A stretch of 64,000 bases of DNA. Source: a virus (taxonomy: Duplodnaviria > Caudoviricetes). Both the position numbers and the translations under genes were made by a program. Of this stretch, positions 33,801-44,030 are shown piece after piece (position 1 is the first letter of the stretch; the number at the start of each line of letters is the position of its first letter). The notes beneath the pieces are model-generated. The model did not search any database. It was not told where the DNA came from and was given only the letters and a program-made list of their open reading frames with translations. Location of the stretch: positions 1 to 64,000 of the IMG/VR virus record IMGVR_UViG_3300021979_000004; one strand, 5' to 3'.

Positions 33801-34916
33801 CTTGGGAAGAGTAAGTTTTGTTTTGGTGTGTGATCGCCTAACGTAAACGCGAAAGCGGGGCGCACGTGAGGTTGCTTTAGTTGCCCTATTTAGGTGGCCG
33901 CGTGTAGACTATCACTTTACTGACAATGGTGGGGGTTCGATTCCCTCAGTTGGGCTTCTAGCTGTATTTGGTTAAGAGCGGTTGTCAGGCACCATTTTTA
34001 TTTCAAGGTTTTGGGGTATGTGCCAAGAACGCTTAGCGATGGTGGTGCGGATAATTTAATATCTTAATGGGTTCAACTCCCATCCCAAAATTAGTTTCCA
34101 CTGGTGAGCGTTGATGGAGAGGTCAGGGGATATACCCATAGAGGTGTTAGGGCTGGTGAGAGGCCAGTTAGTGGAAATATAATTTAAAGGTAAATTATGA
34201 TTAACGATGAAGCGTTACAAAAACAATTGTTAGATAAGATTAAAGAACTTGAAATCTTAAATGATTCAGTTGCGCCTACCAACCTTCGTCATCACATTAG
34301 TGAAACGGTTGTTAGGCTTAGACAAGATATCAATAACTTCGATCAAGAACGTGACGAGGGGAATAGAAAACTCTTTGATCCCGAAGTTGTTGTAGCAAAT
34401 AAGTATATTGACCTTTTAGAAAGTTATGATATAACTTATGAAAAAGATGAAAATAATCCTACGTCACATCCACATTTACTATGGATGCTATATGAGATTA
34501 GGCTTGATCGATACATGACTCACACTAAAAAGAATAGATGGTTGGGTTATGTTCAAGGGTGCTTGGTAAAAGATGGGCTGATTGATGTAGAAGATGAAAG
34601 AAACGAAACTAGAAATATTTTTAAAGGAAGATGAAAAGTCTTTACACACTGCTTAACTGTCTGTATAATGGTTTTAAATAAACTCACTATTACGAGGCAC
34701 ATTATGTCTAGGAAAGTACATGCCGAAATTGAATATGTAGATCAACATGGTAACAAAATTCATTCAGACATCTGCCCGAGGAATTGTGATAGCTCCAATC
34801 TCTCAGATAAAGAGTATCGTCAGTTCTTACATGATTGCCTTGATGAGTGGTTAGATAAGTCTGAAGGATCATGTGGATTTTACATCAAAGATGAAAACTA
34901 TGAGTTCGATCATTAA
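30854..34916 (+). other. Hypothetical early genes interspersed with structured RNAs
   Basis: ORF track; promoters at 31477 and about 32901. Confidence 0.7.
33824..34177 (+). ncRNA. Three tandem structured RNAs with T-loop-like arms
   Basis: 33824-33994 (TGGTGT/GCACCA, GGGGG-TTCGATT-CCCTC), 34009-34090 (TTTTGGG/CCCAAAA, TGGG-TTCAACT-CCCA), 34095-34177 (TTTCCACT/AGTGGAAA). Confidence 0.5.
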
Positions 34917-34942
34917 GTAATAAAAAAAGTTTGAAAAAGTTA

Positions 34943-35004
34943 TTGACGAACCATAAATAACTCATTATAATGGTTCCATAAATTAAGGAAACGTTCTTTA
35001 AAAA
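34943..35004 (+). promoter_or_regulatory. Promoter with nested CATAAATA followed by boxA
   Basis: TTGACG-aaccataaataactcat-TATAAT; CGTTCTTTAAAAA at 34992-35004. Confidence 0.75.
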
Positions 35005-35024
35005 CTGATAGAATATTTTTATTT

Positions 35025-35110
35025 GGAGAGGTTCCCGAGCGGTCAAAGGGATCAGACTGTAAATCTGACGCGAACATGCTTCGGAGGTTCGAATCCTCCC
35101 CTCTCCACCA
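35025..35110 (+). tRNA. tRNA-Tyr(GTA)
   Basis: Type II cloverleaf, loop CT-GTA-AA, CCA end. Confidence 0.95.
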
Positions 35111-35261
35111 AATTTATTGGAGTTAATATGAACTGGAAATGTTTTATCCTTGGTCACAAGAAAGTTTTGCAAACCGGTGGCGACCCTAATGGTTCAAAGC
35201 CAGAATGCTTACATAGATGTGAACGCTGTGGTGAAATATTAATCAGTTAATATTAATTCCT

Positions 35262-35368
35262 TGACTTATAGCAATCTAGGGTTCGACGCTCTAGTGGAGG
35301 CTTAAAAACGCCTTGACTGCGGCCTATAGCCCAATACGCTATTCAATTGTTGAAATTGCTATAAGTCA
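35262..35368 (+). ncRNA. Structured RNA closed by a 14-bp perfect helix
   Basis: TGACTTATAGCAAT/ATTGCTATAAGTCA; internal CTAGGG-TTCGACG-CTCTAG T-loop arm. Confidence 0.55.
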
Positions 35369-35377
35369 TTTTATTAT

Positions 35378-35452
35378 CGCGGGGTAGAGCAGTCTGGTAA
35401 GCTCGTCTGGCTCATAACCAGAAGGTCGGGGGTTCAAATCCCTCTCCCGCAA
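35378..35452 (+). tRNA. Initiator-type tRNA-fMet(CAT)
   Basis: C1:A72 mismatch, loop CT-CAT-AA; anticodon stem TCTGG/CCAGA has only two of the three usual G-C pairs; no encoded CCA. Confidence 0.85.
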
Positions 35453-35465
35453 ATTCAGGGGTAAT

Positions 35466-35951
35466 ATGAAAATAACAACATTAGAAGATATAAAGTCTAG
35501 ATTACTAGGCAAGATTGAAATCAATAATGAGTGTTGGGAGTGGCAAGGTGCTACAAACAATCACGGTTATGGCACTATGAAGATCACAAACCTACAGGGT
35601 AGTGATGAAGGAAGAAAAACATGTTATGTTCACAGAATGTCATACCTGTGTCATAATAATGAATTGCCAAGTGATCAGCTTGTTTGTCATACTTGCGACA
35701 ATCCTATTTGTATTAACCCCGACCACTTATTTTTAGGATCAAATCAGGATAATATGAATGATATGAAATCTAAAAATAGGCAGGGAACTAATAACACCAT
35801 TCATTATGGGAATAACCATGCTGGAAAGAAAGTTATAGCTGATGGAATTGAATATAAATCATTTTCAGAAGCTGGACGTGCATTAGGTGTTTCTTGTACA
35901 ATGATTCGTAAAAGAGTCAAGAATGGTGTAAAAGGCTATAAAAAGCTTTAA
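35466..35951 (+). mobile_element. HNH homing endonuclease with NUMOD-like C-terminus
   Basis: CWEWQG..GYG..HR..CHTCDNP.C.NPDHL...N..D. Confidence 0.9.
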
Positions 35952-36302
35952 CGTAGATCGTGTGTCTGCATAAAACAAAATTCCATTCAATTGCTAACGT
36001 GGTGTTCACCTTAGTTAACATTGGAAGTGTTAGTAGGCACCATCTTTTAGCTTAGGTTTCTGGGACGCTTGCATTTTATAGATAAAATAGTAGGCCATCC
36101 CCATACTAAGCTGCGAATCCGAAGTACCGTTGACCAAACGTTTTAAAGAAAAATAGTAGTCATCAAACGTCATATCGGAAACGCTAGGCTATGTCCTGAC
36201 TCGTGCGAACCATACTAGATTTGGCAATCAGAGCGATTAGGATGGAGGTTAATAAAATTTGACAAGAATATCTCTAGCTAAAAAAAGTTTTTCTCAAAGT
36301 GC

Positions 36303-36365
36303 TTGACACTGAATTCGAATGACCTTATAATGGTTACAGAAGTTGAGGAAAACGCTCTTTAAAAA
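36303..36365 (+). promoter_or_regulatory. Consensus sigma70 promoter plus boxA driving the ncRNA array
   Basis: TTGACA-17-TATAAT (36303-36331); CGCTCTTTAAAAA (36353-36365). Confidence 0.8.
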
Positions 36366-36369
36366 CTGA

Positions 36370-37594
36370 ATAGCTTTGGTACTCGCTTGACCGTCCCGAT
36401 AGTAAGAGCAAAGGTCATAAATCATTGCCACCAAAGCTTTTTGCCCATAGGCTTACTCACCTATGTTACAGGCGCGGTAACCAATCCGAAGAGTAAGAGT
36501 TACGAGAGTATATAGGCATGGTCCTTTTTCATCATGTGAAATTCCTATCAAGTAAGGGTCATGACCTATATACTCTCAACGACCGATGGCACCCTTGGAC
36601 TAGCTCATCCATGTTACAGGTGCGGTATCCAGCCCGAAGAGCTACCGAATTTTCTAACCAAGGTTTGGCGTAATATGGCCTTGGTTCTAAAAACCACAAG
36701 TGTCTGTTTTTTCCTCCTTTGTCGGACACGCTACCAGTGGGTACAGGGGATAGAGGTTCACCCTGAAGTGGGTATACAGGACAAATATTTAGTTTCTGTC
36801 TCCGGTCCTGTATACCTAAACTTATTTGCCGAAAACCTGTAGACGGTTCTTTGCAGTTGTCCGTCAATAACCGCAGGGTAAGGGGTATTGTGGTTCACCC
36901 CAAATGTTTTGCCTAATGGGTTGTAAATAATATAATTACAATACATTAAGAAGTAGAGGTGAGGTTATGTATACAGGTCATTCCTGTGTGTAGGTTGAAC
37001 TCCTGCTAACCAACACCCTCTGCGACAAGTTTATAACCATGGGAATAAGACCTCTGCAAGCAAGTCCATCTGTGAAATCTCGTAGGAGAAGCGACGGTGA
37101 GGAACCTACGGAAGTGAGTAACATACATGGTTAAAGTTTTGTGCATATGGGTTTGAATTGTTTTTAAAACTTTAAATATCTAATCTAATTTCTCCATTAG
37201 GTTTCCATATGCACAATTTATTATGTACCTGACCGATCCTCTTGGTGCCCTCCGTCTCAGCATAACCAATGGTCAGGTACAGTTTTTATGCGTCGTAGGA
37301 CTGCCGGAATTGGACTACAGTCATCAATGGTCTTCTTCTGGGGTGTCTGAACGTTTATAGTGATTAGAGATAGATGACTCAATACTCAACTCATTATAAA
37401 CCTCCCTGTTCGACTCGGGGGCGACGAGCCAACTTCAAGTCGGGTAGCTCAGATGAATAGAGCGCGTCACTGATAAGGACGAGGCCGGTAGTCACTACCC
37501 CCGAATTAAAAAATTATGGTGCTGTTGCTTGCTGATCACAAGTAGGGAATATACTGATCTAGACAGGAGTGGGTTCGAATCCCATCCAGTGCCA
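36370..37594 (+). ncRNA. Array of structured non-coding RNAs (about 1.25 kb)
   Basis: Many 9-13-bp perfect helices, a duplicated motif and several T-loop arms; no credible ORF. Confidence 0.65.
37441..37505 (+). pseudogene. Degenerate tRNA-Ile(GAT)
   Basis: D-arm AGCTCAGATGAATAGAGC and loop CT-GAT-AA intact; T-arm lost. Confidence 0.5.
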
Positions 37595-37598
37595 ACCG

Positions 37599-38312
37599 AA
37601 TTGAGTATGAATATCTATTGGTTTTGATATTTTCTTATTGTATCGATATGTTTATATGCTAGGTTTATAAAATAGTCAGAAGAAATGCCTATGTTAGAAA
37701 CGAATTCTTTTTCTGAAATTTCTTCATCAGTATCATCATAAAGGGTTGATCCTATATCATCGAACCGAATAGCATATTTATTTTTATCACTGAATACATA
37801 AATTAAAACGAATTTGTCTTTTTTAAAATATTCATTCCAATCATCAGGTGAGTATGATGAAGTGCACCATTTTGTTGATCTTCCATAGTACTTGCTAGCT
37901 GAATGATTAAGAGGCACAATTGCGAATAAATTGCCATTATTATATAAAATTATTTTATTAGATTTCTCTTTCTTTTTTTGTTGACGATTAGATTCTTTAT
38001 GTCGGTTCTTATCAACATAATCAACGAATGAATTCCATCCTTCCTTTACCCAATAGGATATATCCTTATGATCTATGAGTTGTTTTTGGGATAATTTTTT
38101 AAATGTTTCTATATAATCTTTAACTAAAGACTCGTCATTATTTTTAGAAAATATCCTATAAGCATCTTTGTAAGACTCAAATAATATTAAATCTGTTATT
38201 TTCATCATATAATCCTTGATTATTATCTAATGTATGATACTATTTATTTAAGAGAGAACCTTTCAAACCTAGATAATAACAGGGCTAGGCTCTCAAAAAA
38301 TTGAGTATGAAT
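37599..38312. repeat. 14-bp direct repeat AATTGAGTATGAAT flanking an inverted gene cassette
   Basis: Identical copies at 37599-37612 and 38299-38312. Confidence 0.8.
37615..38208 (-). CDS. PcfJ-like domain protein with capsid-targeting-like N-terminus
   Basis: ASKYYGRSTKWCTS motif; MKITDLILFE; AATAAATA at 38241-38248 (minus). Confidence 0.5.
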   Translation of the reverse strand: MMKITDLILFESYKDAYRIFSKNNDESLVKDYIETFKKLSQKQLIDHKDISYWVKEGWNSFVDYVDKNRHKESNRQQKKKEKSNKIILYNNGNLFAIVPLNHSASKYYGRSTKWCTSSYSPDDWNEYFKKDKFVLIYVFSDKNKYAIRFDDIGSTLYDDTDEEISEKEFVSNIGISSDYFINLAYKHIDTIRKYQNQ

Positions 38313-38408
38313 GTAACCGAAACTGCTATCGGAAGTGCGAGTGTACATAAGCTGCCAATGTATATGTAGTGGGGATCGTTACATCAGCCCTGAGAAGGCC
38401 ATACTCAA
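38301..38408 (+). ncRNA. Structured RNA (nested helices)
   Basis: TTGAGTATG/CATACTCAA and ATGTAAC/GTTACAT. Confidence 0.45.
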
Positions 38409-39174
38409 ACCAATTACTATGAGTAACCTATATGTCTGATATTAAAATGGTCGCTAGTGAAATTCTAAAAATTGATTGGCGAAGTGAAAGTAAATGGGAT
38501 GTGTGTGATAAAGTCTCTGAATCGATGCAGGAAAATGACTGCTATACTTTTACTATTGATGATCTTAAGAGTGAAGGATTCAATGGTGATCAGATTTCTG
38601 AGATAATGCAATGTTTGCATATCCATTGTTTGTTGGTGATGATCTAATGAGTAATGTAATCTATCCTAAAAAGTTCTTTATAGAGGACACCGCAGAGAAT
38701 TGGGAAAATGGTTCTCTGGGTTGTGATGAAAGGTTTGTAAAAGTTGCGGACGATTCGATCAATGATTTGATCGATGAAGCTGCTAAAAATGGTCGAATAC
38801 AATGGGAAGACGAAGATGAACATTAAATCAAAGATTAAGTTTTATATTCATAAAGGCTTTAGTGAACTCGATGCTACCAAGATGGCGATTGAAGATGCAC
38901 AAAAAGTCATTAATGATATGGATGAAAAGCTTTCTAAAACACTTAATTATTTGAGTGTAGATGAAGTTAAAGAAGTCTATGGAGACATGAATGGCTAAAT
39001 CATGTGGAACTTGCAGACATTGGACTAAGATGAAGTTTGCCTTTCGTGGTCGTGGTCTGTGTGAGAAATATGATATAGGTTGGTGTTCTCCAAATTCCTA
39101 TCGTGATTGTAAAGGATGGGAATCTATAAAATACAAGAGAAAAATAAAGCATAAGCAATTGTTTTAAAATATTA

Positions 39175-39205
39175 GCCGGGGTGGTGGAATTGGTAGACAC
39201 AAGAT
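39175..39205 (+). pseudogene. 5' half of a tRNA-Leu
   Basis: GCCGGGGTGGTGGAATTGGTAGACAC breaks off before the anticodon; no matching 3' half. Confidence 0.7.
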
Positions 39206-39252
39206 AAACGCAATGATTCTTCTGTTTAGTATAAATAAAACAGGAGGTCATT

Positions 39253-39705
39253 ATGATAGATATAAAAGAATATATAAAATTACCAAAGGAAGAAAGACAA
39301 ACACATTTAAAATTGGAAGAACCTTGTTGTGAACGTGGTGGAAAGTCAACACAACACAAGGGCGTACTAGCGCAGTATTTGAATACAACTATACCGTCTG
39401 GTAGAATATTGCTATGTCATGCTTGTAACAATGCAGATTGTAGTAACCCCAATCATTTATATTTTGGAACAGATAGGGAGAATATAATAGAAGACGGTAA
39501 GAAATTTGGTACATTTAGATCGCCGTGGGAAAGTATGGTAGCAAAACATGGTTATGAAAAAGCGTGTCAAATGCAGAGTAGAAAAAGTGATCATTCTAAG
39601 GCTGGAAAAGCAAACACAAAACCTAAGTCAGAAGAACACAAGAGAAAAATTTCAGAAGCTGTTAAAAGAAAACATGCTGAAAGAATTAAGAATAACCCGA
39701 AGTGA
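39253..39705 (+). mobile_element. HNH homing endonuclease with NUMOD3-like tail
   Basis: LLCHACNN..CSNP.HLYFGT..EN; KPKSEEHKRKISEA; own TATAAATA at 39230-39237; stop codon lies inside the next tRNA. Confidence 0.88.
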
Positions 39706-39781
39706 TGGAATTAGGTAGACATGGAGAACTTAAAATTCTCTGGCGTATGCCGTGCGAGTTCAAGTCTCGCCTTCGGGACCA
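39696..39781 (+). tRNA. tRNA-Leu(TAA)
   Basis: CCCGAAG/CTTCGGG acceptor, loop CT-TAA-AA, CCA end. Confidence 0.93.
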
Positions 39782-39795
39782 AATTGGAGAAATAT

Positions 39796-42700
39796 ATGTT
39801 AGATATTTTTAAAACGATTGTTCAATTCATACCAGTTTTTGGTAATTATATTGTAAGAAAAATAGACAATAATGAACTTAGAATAATGTTTAAAAAAAAT
39901 AACGATCCCTTTTATTCTATCATGGAAGGTAATCAACATATTTTAGATATATTTGTAAATGAAATTGAGAATCATAAAAATGATACATGTTGTCTCATAG
40001 AAAGTGAAAATTCTTTACAAAACTTAAATGTTAATGAAACTAGGGATATTTTAATTCAATTGGAAGAATACAGTTATTTGGAACTTCATGGATCAATTGG
40101 AACATCAAACTTTTATGCAATAACTTTATCAAATAAAATTATCTATTGTATATCAGACTTAAAATATAGTAAAAAAGTGAAAAAATTAGAATCTATGGTA
40201 GATGATATGTCTCCGGGGCAAGAACTACAGGGACATGATGTTAAAGAGAAGCTTGGTCTACCATTGCCTATAATAGATTCATACTTTAAAAAATTTAAAA
40301 AAACTAAAAATGGCTTGGTCAGCGATGAAGTGGGTCAATGTATGTTTAGAAAAATGTAATCAAAGTAACTCCTATGAATAAACTCCAACGTATAAAAGAT
40401 AAAATCGAAAGCATTCTTGACTATTGGAATGGTGACTATAACGAACTGGCTATGCGTGATGCATTATGTCATTATAGTGACTCGTTTGATGAAGTTATGG
40501 AAGACATAGATGATATAGATCAAAGCAACATTCTGGATGAAACATGGCGCTACTGCGAAGAATATGGTTTACCAGAATGTATCGGTGAGTTTGGTGGCAG
40601 TGGCTTTTCAGAAGACGTTTTAGTAACTGATGGTAAGCGAAAATGGGTAGACTCAGTTATGTATCCTCATGGTGTTTACGGTGGTGATACTACCCCAAGG
40701 TTTTGTAAGAATCATGACTCTGTAATAGCATGGATGAGAATACCAGCATTACAGAACAGAAAATAGTATTACATTGTTAAAAGGTGAGTTTATGTCTGAA
40801 ATGGAAATGCCTGAAGTCGGCAAAGTTGTGAATGCTGTTCTTGAACATTGGTATACTAAAGGACGTGTTGGTGCAGAGCTTGTTCATGTTGATGAGGATG
40901 ACTGTGACTGGCGAACGGCTGATGATAACTCAGAGCTTGATCTTAACTGGAATGTGGTTGAATGGGAATATAAGTAAATGAATTATGGTTTCGATTATAA
41001 AAAATATTATATTGTTACTGAGATTTCTGTACATTATTCTCATAGAAACAGTTGTATAGGATTTGTTAAATATCCAGATTCTGAAGATAAAGAACTTCTT
41101 AGGCATAAAGATATGGTTATGAAAGAAGTTGAAAAGGTTGAAAGTTCAACAGGTGCTAAGTTTTGTCATCTTTGTTTTTATAGTCACACATTGCCACACA
41201 GGTTTATATTGATATTTGATATGGGCTTACAAGATAAGAATTTTATTAATAAAATGAAAATGAAAATTCCTCATATGGTTGAGGATATTAGGCCAGATGA
41301 TGATAGCTATATTGTTCTGATGAAAAACCGTTATGAAACAATGGATGTTTATGAGCATGATGGATTCACTGCATTTACAGATGCTACTAGTTGATCTTTA
41401 TATCGATAGTATGTTAAAATAGTTTGAATAGCCGAGGTGGAGGAATTGGTAGACTCGGGAGACTCAAAATCTCCTGTCTTCGGGCGTGTGGGTTCAAGTC
41501 CCACCCTCGGCACCAAATTGGAGCATTACTATGTTTAACGTTGATCCTAATAGTGTATTTTACCCAGAAAACAAAGACGGTGAATTCATTCGAGACACCA
41601 CTAAGTTTCTTTGGCTTCCAACTACAGCGTATGTTGATCACTCCCTTGGGTATGTTACCGACGATACCCGCTGGTTGAGAATTTCACGTGTTCGCCAAAA
41701 ACTTGAAAATGGCAAATGGGTAACCTTCGAATTTTTGGATTGATATGATTACGATTGAAGATATTGCAGCACAAGTTGTTAATGAGTTTGTTAAACCTAA
41801 GTTCAAAACAAATCCTGAATTTGTTGCATTGAATTATCATGCGGAAGAAGAAAATCGATATTACTCATGTTCTATTCATTTATTGATTTCAGACTTTGAC
41901 GCTGATAGTGAAGGCGTTGAGCCTCATCTACTAAATGAAGAGTTGTGTGAGTATCTTATTGATAATAAAATATCACAGTTTGGGTCGTTACATTATTATG
42001 AGTTTGATCAATATGGATTAGAAGTTTTATTTTATATTGATTTCAGTACTGTTCGTGAGTTTATGAACCGACTAAAGTTAAAGAATGAAAAGCCTGAAAA
42101 GTTATATCAAATGTCTAAAATATTGGTGGCTTAAATGAAACTAAACAAGTATCTTTTTAATTTCGCACATTCTATTGGTGAACATAAACCTGATGTTTAT
42201 TTTAAAGAGTTTGTTAAGAACCTAAAAGGTTATCAGGTGGAAGATTTTACTGTCGAAGAGCTTAACAAAATCTGTGAAATTGTCCGTCGAGGGTTTGAGA
42301 GTGACTTTTATTCGTCGTTGGCGAATTATGTGTACGATAAGTATGAAGACACTGATGTTATGACTGAACTCAAGATGATTGCCTATGAAGAAGGTGAGTT
42401 TGAATACAGCGATAACTTTCGTATTAGTGATGGTAGTGCTATTGATGAAGCCATTTATTTTGTTACAAAGGCAACTGGATGTTGTGGGTTCTATGATGAT
42501 GAAGTTATCATTAAAGGTAAAAAGTATAAAATTGGTTTCAACTATGGACATTAATATTTTTTCAATGCTATAATGATTTATCAATAAAGGGGATGTATTA
42601 TGCGTATTGGATTCAGTGTTCTGACTTTTAATAGTGATGGAAGTGCGCAGATAACTCACCGTCCTAATGGTGGTGATGAACTTCTTAAAGAAGAGCTTCA

Positions 42701-43465
42701 GGAAGCCGTGGATAAAGGTAAGCTGGTATCGGGAACCGTTGTTAAGTATCCTATGTCATATATGCTTGAAGATGTCATTAACATTTGTAAAACTGTAGGA
42801 ATCAATGTTCGATACAATGAAGTTGGTACAGACGAATACAAAAAGTACGGATGTATGAGTGTTTCGTTGACATAAAGATAATATTCCTGTATTATTAATA
42901 ATAAATCAAGGGAGAAATCTTATGGCACGTTTCAATGAAGTTAATCAGGCAATCAAAAAAGAATTTCCGAATCTTGATATTGAAGTAGTACGTGGTGAAG
43001 GCTATGTTTACTTCACTGGTGACTCAGCTTATGAACATGATGTTGAATCTATCATGACACATCCAGTAAGCACGTCCACTGAAGACCTTATCAGAATGTG
43101 TAAAGAAGAGTTAAAAGACCTTGCACAATAATCAATAAGCTAGTATAATGGTTATATAAAGTTGATCAGAGGCAGAACTTATGAACGTATCATCTTTCTA
43201 CTACAACGAAGATCAAGAAATGGCAGTGGTGGTTTTGAAAAACGGTGATCAGTATTCTTTTGACTCTTACAATAATACTGAAGAGCTTGATGGAATTGTC
43301 GATGAGTTCATTTATAAATATGATGAGGCTATTTCAAAGTTCTCGCCCAACGAAGACGATGAAGTTATCCATAGCTTCGAAGACAGTGAGTGGGAAGATA
43401 TCACTCATGTTTATGTAGACCTCAAGTTCGTATCTGGTAATTATATTCCAGAACGACTTAAGTAA
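39796..43465 (+). other. Array of hypothetical early genes
   Basis: ORF track (first start moved out of the tRNA). Confidence 0.7.
41431..41515 (+). tRNA. tRNA-Leu(CAA)
   Basis: Type II cloverleaf, loop CT-CAA-AA, CCA end. Confidence 0.95.
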
Positions 43466-43525
43466 AAGTAAGGGACTATTGACAGTATACTAATAAATGC
43501 TAAACTGTTTATAGTTAATGATTAA

Positions 43526-43603
43526 GCGTCTGTAGCTCAGTTGGTTAGTAGCAACCGTCTCATAAACGGTAGGTCGGTGGTTCAAGTCCACCCAGACGCA
43601 CCA
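43526..43603 (+). tRNA. tRNA with CAT anticodon (elongator Met or Ile2)
   Basis: ACCGT-CT-CAT-AA-ACGGT, CCA end. Confidence 0.92.
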
Positions 43604-43626
43604 AATTCAAAATAATAGAATATTGT

Positions 43627-44016
43627 ATGGCATGTGAAAAATTAGAATACCCATGGGATGGGTGTAAAGGATATAAAGTCTACCATAAAAAAGAAGGTAG
43701 ATATATGTTGTGTATAATTCATCCAGATGGATCGAGAACAACTACTTCTTATGCAAGATACTTAATGTCTGTTTATTTAAAAAGATTCTTATTAGAATCT
43801 GAACATGTTGACCATAAAGATGAAGATAAAACAAACGACTCTATATCTAACCTTCAAATACTTTCCCAAGTAGAAAACAATATAAAGCATGTTGTGTCTG
43901 CAAACAAATCATCTAAGTTAATAGAACTGAAATGTCCAGTATGTGGGACAGATTTTCACCAATTCTGCCTCACGTTACAACGTGAGGCTTTTTTGTTTAT
44001 ATTATATTTACTTTAA
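43627..44016 (+). mobile_element. HNH endonuclease, probably C-terminally truncated
   Basis: EHVDHKDEDKTND.ISNLQIL...EN..KH; ends after CPVCG by reading through a terminator hairpin. Confidence 0.8.
43967..43994 (+). terminator. Rho-independent terminator
   Basis: GCCTCACGTT-AC-AACGTGAGGC followed by TTTTT. Confidence 0.8.
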
Positions 44017-44030
44017 GAGTAAATAAAGAT

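Noticed and set aside
36452-36644. Known ribozyme or riboswitch (hammerhead, twister, HDV/theta, preQ1, purine)
   Set aside because: Required catalytic or ligand-binding consensus nucleotides are not present as I recall them; left as an unknown motif.
36559-36946. ORFs 36559-36867, 36561-36842 and 36758-36946
   Set aside because: They overlap long RNA helices, lack SD sites and have atypical composition; treated as shadows of the ncRNA array.
37065-37115. 16S h23-like mimic (GTGAAAT..CGTAG)
   Set aside because: Match too short and interrupted to distinguish from chance.
39175-39781. HNH-containing intron splitting one tRNA-Leu
   Set aside because: The downstream tRNA-Leu(TAA) is complete by itself, its acceptor cannot pair with GCCGGGG, and no group I core is present.
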